Shown here: positions 10,348-18,800 of the stretch, one piece after another
Layout: the number at the start of each line of letters is the position of its first letter
Numbering within the stretch: position 1 is the first letter of the stretch
The notes under the pieces: model-generated
Database searches by the model: none
Seen by the model: only the letters and a program-made list of their open reading frames with translations
Told to the model about the DNA's origin: nothing
Position numbers and translations under genes: made by a program
Assembly (NCBI GenBank): GCA_964547345.1
Contig: CAZJMX010000003.1
Coordinates: forward strand, 24,800-88,799
Direction: 5' to 3'
Source of the DNA: an uncultured Smithella sp.
GTDB taxonomy: Bacteria > Desulfobacterota > Syntrophia > Syntrophales > Smithellaceae
Length of the DNA stretch: 64,000 bases

Positions 10348-12726
10348 ATGGCCAAACTGACGCTGGATGAGTGGATCACCCGCCTGAAAAAAAATAAAAG
10401 TTTCAACGCCAATGCGGCGGCAGTGGTCGAAATTCCGGCCAAATCCGGCGACTTCGAAGACTATCCGGCCTGGGTGAATCCGCGCCTGCGTGACGTTCTG
10501 GCCAAACGCGGCATGGAGCGGCTCTACAAACATCAGGCGCAGGCGGTTCGTTTTATTCGCAGCGGGCAGGATGTTGTGCTGGTGACGCCTACGGCCAGCG
10601 GGAAAACCCTGTGTTATAATCTGCCGGTGCTGCAAAGCATCTTAGACGAGCCGGAAACCCGCGCGCTGTATCTTTTTCCCACCAAGGCGCTCGCCCAGGA
10701 TCAGATGCACGAAGCGCACAGCCTGATTACGGATTTACAAGCCGACATTAAAACCTTCACCTACGACGGCGACACGCCCGACGACGCACGCCAGGCTATC
10801 CGCAGGCAAGGACACATCGTCGTCACCAATCCCGACATGCTGCACGCGGGGATTCTGCCGCATCACACCAAATGGCAGAAGCTCTTTATGAACCTCAAAT
10901 ACATTGTCATCGACGAGCTGCATATTTACCGCGGCATTTTCGGCTCGCATTTTGCCAATGTGATCCGCAGGCTCGTGCGGATCTGCCGCTTCTATGGTGC
11001 GAATCCCGTGTTTGTCTGCTGTTCGGCCACTGTCGCCAATCCGCGGGAACATGCCGAAAAAATTCTGGAGCGTCCCGTGGCGCTGCTGGATAAAAGCGGC
11101 GCTCCGACGGCCGCCAAAACGTTTGTTTTGTATAATCCGCCCATCGTCAACCGAGAGCTGGGGATCAGGCAGAGCGCCATGACGCCCGCGCGCAAGATGG
11201 CCTCCGATCTCATTGAGAACAACATTCAGACGATAGTTTTTGCCACCAGCCGCCTCAACGTCGAAGTGCTCACGAAATATCTCAAAGACAAATTCGTCAA
11301 AACAAAACCGAAAGATGATTATTTCGTTACCGGCTATCGCGGCGGTTATCTGCCGAACCTGCGGCGCGAGATAGAAAGCGGCCTGCGTTCGCGCGAGGTG
11401 ATGGGCGTCATCAGCACAAACGCCTTGGAGTTGGGCATCGACATCGGCAATCTGGAGGCCTGCATTATGGCGGGCTATCCCGGGTCGATTGCCAGCACCT
11501 GGCAGCAGGCCGGGCGCGCGGGCAGACGAACGGGACGGAGTCTGGCGATTCTGATTGCGCGCAGCAATCCGCTCGATCAGTTCATCATGGAAAATCCCGA
11601 TTACTTCTTTGCGCTCTCGCCTGAACATTGCCGCATCAATCCGGATAATCTTTTAATTCTGCTGCATCACATTAAGAGCGCCGCATTTGAACTGCCGTTT
11701 GAAAAAGGGGAAAAATTCGGCGGCGAAAATCTGGAGGAGTTTCTGCAATATCTGGAAGAAAAGGGTGTGCTGCACCGGACGAATGACCGCTGGCACTGGG
11801 CGGCGGAGAGCTACCCGGCGGACGAAGTGAGCCTGCGCGCGATTAATCCGGAAAATGTCGTGGTTGTCGATACCACCGATGCCGGAAACCACAAGGTCAT
11901 TGCCGAAGTCGATTGGGACAGCGCCTTTACCGCCGTGCATGATGAAGCCGTCTATATGCTGGCCTCCGAGCAGTATCACGTGGATAAGCTGGATCTGGAA
12001 CGAAAGAAAGCCTACGTTCGCAAGGTGGATGCCGACTACTACACCGATGCGATGACGTACACCAATGTGCGGGTGATAGACTCTTTTGAAAATCATAAGA
12101 CGGCGGGCGCCATTGTCGAGCACGGCGAGGTACAGGTGGTGCGCAAGGTTGTGGGCTATAAAAAAATAAAGTTCTACACGTCCGAGAATCTGGGCTACGG
12201 GGATGTGAATCTGCCGGAAAAGGACATGCACACGACAAGCTACTGGTTTACGATTCCGCGCGACCGATTGCGCGGGCTCGATTTTACGCCTGCGGAAATT
12301 ATTGACGGTTTGTCGGCGCTGGCCTACACGCTGCAACATCTGTCGGCCATGTTTTTGATGGCGGATACACACGATATTGACCGGTCGCTGGGCGACAAAA
12401 GCGGTGAGTGGTTTGTGAGCCAGGGGAAAACCGGCCGCGTCATTACGTCGTTTTCAGCCGGCCGGCCGCAGACGGAAAGCATCATGAGCGTGCGCATTGA
12501 TGAGTTCGATCCGACTATTTTTATTTTTGATTCCTATCCCGGTGGCATCGGCTTTTCCGAGCTGCTCTACCGCGAGCACGCAAGCCTGCTTGCGGCGGCC
12601 AAAAGCCTGATTGAAAAGTGTCCCTGCGCTTACGGCTGCCCGTCGTGTGTCGGCCCCACGCTGGAAGTCGGCAAATCCGCCAAAGAAATTGTGCCGAAGA
12701 TGATTGACTTAGTGCTGGGGAAGTGA
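10348..12726 (+). CDS. mrfA: DEXH-box helicase with C-terminal DUF1998/zinc-binding domain (MrfA/YprA-like)
   Basis: Walker A TPTASGKT, DELH box (VIDELHIY), helicase-C motifs (QQAGRAGRR), C-terminal CPCAYGCPSCVG. ATG at 10348 preferred over the upstream ORF-track start at 10291. Confidence 0.75.
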   Translation: MAKLTLDEWITRLKKNKSFNANAAAVVEIPAKSGDFEDYPAWVNPRLRDVLAKRGMERLYKHQAQAVRFIRSGQDVVLVTPTASGKTLCYNLPVLQSILDEPETRALYLFPTKALAQDQMHEAHSLITDLQADIKTFTYDGDTPDDARQAIRRQGHIVVTNPDMLHAGILPHHTKWQKLFMNLKYIVIDELHIYRGIFGSHFANVIRRLVRICRFYGANPVFVCCSATVANPREHAEKILERPVALLDKSGAPTAAKTFVLYNPPIVNRELGIRQSAMTPARKMASDLIENNIQTIVFATSRLNVEVLTKYLKDKFVKTKPKDDYFVTGYRGGYLPNLRREIESGLRSREVMGVISTNALELGIDIGNLEACIMAGYPGSIASTWQQAGRAGRRTGRSLAILIARSNPLDQFIMENPDYFFALSPEHCRINPDNLLILLHHIKSAAFELPFEKGEKFGGENLEEFLQYLEEKGVLHRTNDRWHWAAESYPADEVSLRAINPENVVVVDTTDAGNHKVIAEVDWDSAFTAVHDEAVYMLASEQYHVDKLDLERKKAYVRKVDADYYTDAMTYTNVRVIDSFENHKTAGAIVEHGEVQVVRKVVGYKKIKFYTSENLGYGDVNLPEKDMHTTSYWFTIPRDRLRGLDFTPAEIIDGLSALAYTLQHLSAMFLMADTHDIDRSLGDKSGEWFVSQGKTGRVITSFSAGRPQTESIMSVRIDEFDPTIFIFDSYPGGIGFSELLYREHASLLAAAKSLIEKCPCAYGCPSCVGPTLEVGKSAKEIVPKMIDLVLGK

Positions 12727-12736
12727 CTCGGGTTAC

Positions 12737-12804
12737 GTCATACCGGCGAAGGCCGGTATCCAGTTTTTTAATGATTCCTAGATACCGGCCTTCGCCGGTA
12801 TGAC
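12737..12804. repeat. pair of perfectly inverted 24-bp REP-like hairpin units (gtcataccggcgaaggccggtatc)
   Basis: Unit at 12737-12760 and its exact reverse complement at 12781-12804. Each unit is itself a hairpin (taccggc/gccggta). Confidence 0.85.
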
Positions 12805-12866
12805 GCCGCTCAGGGCACTTCTTCCTGTTGCGACACGGTTTCGAAGGCCGGGAACCAGGAAATTAA

Positions 12867-13157
12867 ATGATTAAACAGCCTGCAGTTTACATTCTGGCCA
12901 GTAAAAGAAATGGAACACTTTATTCGGGTGTGACCTCTGACCTCGTCAAAAGAATTTGGGAACACAAGAATGATTTAGTGGACGGGTTTACAAAACAGTA
13001 TCGTGTTCATAATCTTGCATGGTACGAATTGCATGCCGATATGATTTCGGCGATTGAAAGAGAAAAAAATATTAAAGAATGGAAGCGCCAATGGAAGTTA
13101 AACTTGATAGAAAGCAAAAATCCCGATTGGAGAGATTTATACAATGATATTATCTAG
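12867..13157 (+). CDS. small GIY-YIG nuclease-family protein (UPF0213/COG2827-like)
   Basis: AVYILAS...GTLYSGVTSDLVKRIWEHK matches the GIY-(x)n-YIG core. 96 aa. Flanked by 15-bp direct repeats aggccgggaaccagg (12845-12859, 13173-13187). Confidence 0.8.
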   Translation: MIKQPAVYILASKRNGTLYSGVTSDLVKRIWEHKNDLVDGFTKQYRVHNLAWYELHADMISAIEREKNIKEWKRQWKLNLIESKNPDWRDLYNDII

Positions 13158-13200
13158 ACGTCTTTCCGGCGGAGGCCGGGAACCAGGTTCAATAACGCTG

Positions 13201-13243
13201 GATACCGGCCTTCGTAACCTAAAGGTCACAAGACCGGTATGAC
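13201..13243. repeat. third copy of the REP-like unit, interrupted by a 19-bp insert
   Basis: gataccggccttcg (13201-13214) + 19 bp + ccggtatgac (13234-13243) together reconstitute the 24-mer seen at 12781-12804. Confidence 0.7.
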
Positions 13244-13257
13244 GAAGCGGTGGAACT

Positions 13258-14574
13258 ATGAAATCGATTGATAAATTAAAGCGCCTGACCGGCGAGGATG
13301 TGGCTCCGAAAAAGACGGAGCCGCAAAACGCGCCTGCGTCAACTGAAAGACAGTCGCAGCTTGATGATCTGCGCCGCCGGATCGAAAGTGTGACTTCGCG
13401 TACGGACGTGCGGCAACGGGCGGCCAGAGACGAAGCGCGGGTGCGCGGCAACCAGGGACTTGCCGACATTCTTGACGGGTGTGAGATCGAAAACGAACAC
13501 GGACACTTTTTCCTCGTCAGCCGCATGAACCGCAGCGCGAGCACGCATGGGCATCGTACCATCCACGAGGCGTGGAATTTTGACATGAGCGCCGCAGCGA
13601 TGCTGGCCAACAATCCCATCATCAGCGCGTTCAGTTCTGAGGACGCCCTGTTTCTGGATACCGAAACCACGGGCCTTGCCGGCGGCACCGGAACGATGGC
13701 TTTTATGATCGGCCTGGGCTGGTTTGAAGACGGCCACTTTCAGGTTAGGCAAATTCTGGCGCGTGATTTCGGCGAAGAGAAGGCGGCGCTTTTTTATCTC
13801 AAAGAAATCGCTGCGCGGAAAAAATTTCTGGTGACGTTTAACGGCAAAGCATTTGACGTCAATCTGCTGACCACGCGGTTTATTTTAAACAAGCTGCAAA
13901 GCGACCTGGCCAATTTGCCGCATCTGGATTTGCTGCACCCTTCGCGCCGTATCCTGGGACATCGCCTGGAAAACTGCCGGCTCGTCACGCTGGAGTCGGA
14001 TATCCTCGGCGTCCAGCGGGAAGGTGATATCCCCGGCTGGGAAATCCCGCAACGCTATTTCGACTGGCTGAAGCGGCGCGATCCGCGGCTGCTTGCCGAT
14101 ATCTTTGAACACAACCGGCTGGATGTGGTTTCCATGGCGACGCTGACTGCGCATCTGGTCGAAATCCTCACCGCGCAGGCCCTCAAGCAATACGCGCATC
14201 CCGATGACTATCTTGCCGCCGCCCGCCTGTTATTGAAACGCGCAAACGACGAAGGCGTTGAAAAGATACTGGACATCTTTCAGGAAGGCGGCTGCACGGA
14301 TTTCTCCGACCAGTCCAAAAAGAAACTGGCGCAATTATACAAGCGCACCGGCAAAATAAACGAAGCCGCGCAAATCTGGCGGCAGATGGCTGCCTGCGAA
14401 CCTGTGGAATTCTATGCCGTCTCGGAGATGGCCAAATATCTGGAGCATCGCGCAAAAGATTACGTCCAGGCCAAAGAGCTGATCGAAACTGCCTTTGCCA
14501 GGGACAATACTTTTTCCGAAGATGAACGAGCGTCCCTGCTGCTCCGGTTACAAAGATTGAACACCAGACTGTGA
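13258..14574 (+). CDS. mrfB: RNase-H-like DEDDh exonuclease with C-terminal TPR-like region (MrfB/YprB-like)
   Basis: LFLDTETTGL, FNGKAFDVNLL and HNRLDVVSM exonuclease motifs. Located downstream of the MrfA-like helicase. Confidence 0.7.
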   Translation: MKSIDKLKRLTGEDVAPKKTEPQNAPASTERQSQLDDLRRRIESVTSRTDVRQRAARDEARVRGNQGLADILDGCEIENEHGHFFLVSRMNRSASTHGHRTIHEAWNFDMSAAAMLANNPIISAFSSEDALFLDTETTGLAGGTGTMAFMIGLGWFEDGHFQVRQILARDFGEEKAALFYLKEIAARKKFLVTFNGKAFDVNLLTTRFILNKLQSDLANLPHLDLLHPSRRILGHRLENCRLVTLESDILGVQREGDIPGWEIPQRYFDWLKRRDPRLLADIFEHNRLDVVSMATLTAHLVEILTAQALKQYAHPDDYLAAARLLLKRANDEGVEKILDIFQEGGCTDFSDQSKKKLAQLYKRTGKINEAAQIWRQMAACEPVEFYAVSEMAKYLEHRAKDYVQAKELIETAFARDNTFSEDERASLLLRLQRLNTRL

Positions 14575-14619
14575 AGTATTTTATCGCCGCATATCAGAGA
14601 GGGTGATCACTCTCCCGCT

Positions 14620-14650
14620 GGTTCAATCATTTTGATTGAACCTTTCATTT
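14620..14650 (+). terminator. intrinsic terminator after mrfB-like gene
   Basis: Perfect 9-bp stem ggttcaatc/gattgaacc with 5-nt loop, followed by tttcattt. Confidence 0.6.
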
Positions 14651-14810
14651 GGCCTTGCTCTAAATGCACCAATCAGTGCGGCAAAGGACTGATTAATAAA
14701 GATTTGCTTCAACCTGCAAGCTTGAACCAGTAAAAAAGAGTTATTTGCTATCCGCCCGCAGTTGGTGTAGCGTACCTCCCTGATATCCCTTACAAATACA
14801 AAGGCACGAA

Positions 14811-15243
14811 ATGCAATGGATTGAATCGGAAACCTTGGAGCTGAAGAAATCAACCGGTGAGTTGAAAGTGGGCATTGTTTCTCTTGTCGCTATGCTCAAC
14901 AAGCATCATCGGGGAGAACTCTGGTTTGGCATTAAAAACGATGGAACAGCCGTCGGCCAGACCATTTCCGAGGCCAGTTTGCGGGAAGTCGGGAAGTCCA
15001 TCGGCGATCATATCGAACCTAAAGTCTATCCCTCCGTGGAAAAAGTGATGGTTGAAGAGAAGCCCTGCATCCGGGTGCAGGTGGAGGGAAAATCGGCTGG
15101 AGATTCGCAATTCCGGTCTGCTTTATGGCGGGCTTACCGTTTCAGACATCCGGAAAAAGATGGTTTCTCTGCGGCGCAGCCGCGATATATCAGCCGTTAA
15201 GTTGGACGATTATCTGATGCAAGTGGCTGTCTTTAAAACATGA
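14811..15243 (+). pseudogene. remnant of an AlbA_2/Schlafen-type (RecG-like) putative DNA-binding regulator, frameshifted and internally deleted
   Basis: N-terminal ESETLELKKS...ELWFGIKNDGTAVG (AlbA_2 domain) in one frame. A C-terminal-type segment LEIRNSGLLYGGLTVSDIRK continues in another frame (15052-15243). Confidence 0.55.
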
Positions 15244-15328
15244 TTGACTTTCTCTTTTAAATCGGGATAACTAACGATCACGATCTTTAGATGAACCGCT
15301 CATATCCCTAACAGCAGGAGGTGTTTTT

Positions 15329-15535
15329 ATGAATACCGTTAAAAAAATATACGCCGACATGCCGGAGATCATAAATGTTCCAAAAGAATTTATTCATAGA
15401 AAAGGCGAGGTCATTATTATTCTCGATGACGCTGCCCCTAAGAAGGCATCTTTTTTAAAGGATTTCTATGGATCAATTCCCGATTTTCCTGAAAGAACTT
15501 CTCAAGGGGATTTCGAGGAAAGAGTCCCTCTATGA
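15329..15535 (+). CDS. AbrB/SpoVT-like VapB-type antitoxin
   Basis: 68 aa with INVPKEFIHRKGEVIIILDD. Its stop overlaps the ATG of the vapC remnant (ATGA). Confidence 0.55.
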   Translation: MNTVKKIYADMPEIINVPKEFIHRKGEVIIILDDAAPKKASFLKDFYGSIPDFPERTSQGDFEERVPL

Positions 15536-15646
15536 AATATGTGTTGGACACCAATGCGTGCATCAGATTGTCGTATCCTCATTACACACAATAAAAGAGA
15601 ATTTTCCCGAATAGACAATCTGGTTATTGAAGACTGGGAAGAGTAA
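15532..15646 (+). pseudogene. internally deleted PIN-domain vapC toxin remnant
   Basis: Starts MKYVLDTNACI (canonical PIN N-terminus), then a premature stop. A typical VapC C-terminus, EFSRIDNLVIEDWEE*, is readable ending at 15646. About 90 codons appear to be missing. Confidence 0.6.
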
Positions 15647-15835
15647 CTCCTTCAATATGAGATAATTTCAGGACACGACAATTAACTCAGACTTTTTTTT
15701 GCGGCGGTCAAGAAAATTAAGGGTTATGTCCCCTGAACAGCCAATCTTCAAGATTGAACATGCAAAAAATGAGATGATGAAAAAGATTAAATGAATATTG
15801 CGGACACCTGACCAGACTATGTGGAAATATTAAAA

Positions 15836-18800
15836 ATGGGATTTGAATCCGGTGGATTAGCAGATAAATTAGGCAATAGATATGAGGGCCGCTGGATAGC
15901 AAAACAGCTCCTGCGTCTATTAAATGAAGAAATCCAATCTGTGACAATAGAGGCCATCGGCGATGATGAAAGAGGTGTGGATCTATGGATAGGGCAAAAT
16001 AATGGCGTCCGTCAAGCACAGCAGTGCAAAGCTCGTAACCGGAGTGAAGAATCATGGTCTATAAATGATCTTAAATCTCGAAATATTTTCAATCATGCCA
16101 AATTTCAACTTGATAATAACAGAAATAATACATTTGCCTTTGTTTCAGCAGTCGGGGCACAAACATTTCATGATCTGTGCGAAAGCGCCAGAAATTCAAA
16201 TCTAAATCCTGATGATTTCTACAAGTACCAAGTTGAGGCTGTCGGTCAAGCACGTAGAGAAGGATTCAAAAAGTTCTGTGAGGCCATTCAGGTTAATTCT
16301 GAAGACCCCTTAGCGCGTGTTCTGGCATTTAATTACCTCAAACGAATAGATACTATTCTTTACCCTGATGATCATAATAATTGGCAAAATTTGTTAGCAG
16401 ATGCGCAATATCTATTGACCGGTGCACCAGAAACCACAGTTTCAACTTTGATAGCTTATTCAGAAAATAATTACGCCTTTAGAAAGCCTATCTATGCAAA
16501 TGAACTACGAGAACATTTAGCAACCTTGGACATCCGACCAAAGCTACTTGCGCATGATGCGCGTATCGCACCCGTTATCGATGAATTACAGAAACAGTTC
16601 GAAGAGTCTATTAGTCCACGGCTGATCTGTGGCAACATCATCCCAAGGGAAGAAACTACAAAACTGATTAAATTAATCCAAGAAAGTTCAGATGCTATTT
16701 TGCACGGTACGGCGGGTAATGGGAAAAGTGTCGTGCTTTATGAGCTCACTCGGTATCTTCAACTAGAAAATATTCCATTTCTTCCTGTCAGGTTGGACCG
16801 CCGCGAAGCAAATAACACCGCTGCACAATTCGGCTGCGATATGGGATTGCCTGATTCTCCAGTTTATTCATTAATCGCACTTGCCGGTGAGCGCCCTTGT
16901 GTTTTGTTGCTGGACCAACTCGATGCCATAAGATGGACGTCTTCCCACTCAGCAAATGCTCTTGATGTCTGCAAAGAACTATTACGGCAGGTAAAGCAGT
17001 TGCGTTATGGCGGGGGAAAAATAACCGTGGTGCTATCCTGTCGAAGCTTTGATCTGGAAAACGATCCGGAAATTCGGAACTGGCTGAATGCTGACAAGAC
17101 ATTGAGAAAAGTTGAAGTAACTCCTCTCAGCGCAAAGGCCATAGGCGAGATACTGGGCCCATCCGTGAATCAGATGACAAGTCGTCAGAAACAAATTCTG
17201 GCATGTCCCCAAAATTTGGCGATGTGGATGACATTGAAGAAAGAAAATTCGATTCCTGAATTCCGGTCTGTCACAGAACTGATGCGCTGTTTTTGGAAAA
17301 ATCGCCGCGAATTACTGGGGAATGCCGGTATTGCTATGACAGAGTTGGACAGGATCATTGATATGATTCTTGATGAGATGGAACGCAGTGGTAGAGTATC
17401 AGTGTCTACCCGTATTCAATCCCACTTCCCAAGAGTTTTTTCTGCATTACAATCTTATGGTATACTTCAGGAAAGCAATGGCAAAGTGACTTTTTGTCAT
17501 CAGAGTTATTTGGATTACCTGATTGCCGACCGCCTGCTACAGCAAATTACTAATAAAGGTGGCGAAATAACCGACTGGCTTGGCCCAAAAGAGCGACAAT
17601 CGTTGTTTCGTCGTGAACAACTGCGTCAAGCTCTTGCTATGATGAACGAAGAATCTCCAGACGACTTTGCAAAAATGGTTAAGAATATATTGGAATCTGA
17701 CAAAATACGGTTTCACATCAAGCATGTTGTTCTTGAGTTTATTGGTCAATTGGAAGAGATAAATGAAGAACTTGGCACGTATTGCCTTACGCTCCTTACC
17801 AATGATTATTGGGAAAAACATTTTTTTGAAACCGTATGCATTGGACACGATGCATTTGCCATGCTTCTGATTGAAAAGAGCACCATATCAGAATGGCTAA
17901 ACTCAGGCATGGAAGATGATATCAATCGCGCATTATGGCTTCTTCGTTCTGTCAATGACAAGATTCCAGACAAGGTAACAGAAGCACTAGAACCTTTTAT
18001 GGAAAAAGGTGAACATTGGTATTCGCATATATTGAATACACTTTGTTGGAACGTGGCTGATGATTCTGATGTGATGTTTAATCTTCGCTTAAGACTTATT
18101 CATAAAGGCACGTATGCCAATTACATAAATTGGCAAGTTCTCTGTAAAAAATATCCACTTCGAGCATTACAGTTAATCGAGTCACTTGTCTCGACCTGGC
18201 CAGAAGAACGAACTGATACTGTATCTATGCCCATGACGTCATCTGCACCGATCGACCGAGTGGACAAATTGTATGACGAAGACATGAAATCCCTTAAAAG
18301 TATTGCAGAAAGCTATCCAATGGAAACTTGGGATCATCTCATCCCGCATATAGCAAGGTTGACAGAGTTTCAACCCTCACCTAATTATGATAGCCGATTA
18401 GATAAGTGGCAAAGAAATTTATGGGCGCGCGTTGACAGATACAATGACATCAGAAGAGGTATTGTTGAACTTGCAATTACTGCTGGAAAGAAACTGGCCG
18501 CTGAAAATCCCGAAGAATTGTTCAGGCTGACGACTGCCTTGGAAAATAGTATTTCTATCGTTATTCAGGAGATCATCATTAATGTATATTCTCAGCTTAA
18601 TCCAAACTATGCTGATATCGGTATCAATTGGCTGATTTCCGATCCATTAAGATTTCAACTTGGATCTGGTTATGATGAACCCATTTGGATGCCCGCAGTC
18701 CGCCTAATGAAATCATTATCCCCTCATTGTTCAGAGTTGATATTTCGGAAATTAGAAATGACGATAATCAATTGCCATCCGGCAGATGAAAAGCGAATGG

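Noticed and set aside
14575-14810. Possible attR: gattgaacc at 14634-14642 resembles the tRNA T-arm (agttgaacc)
   Set aside because: Only about 7 nt match. The sequence is one arm of the mrfB terminator hairpin. No extended identity to the tRNA-Glu 3' end is visible.
15821-15835. GTG start for the giant gene (ORF-track start)
   Set aside because: The in-frame ATG at 15836 gives the conserved-looking N-terminus MGFESGG. The five extra codons have no support. This is a minor issue and either start is possible.
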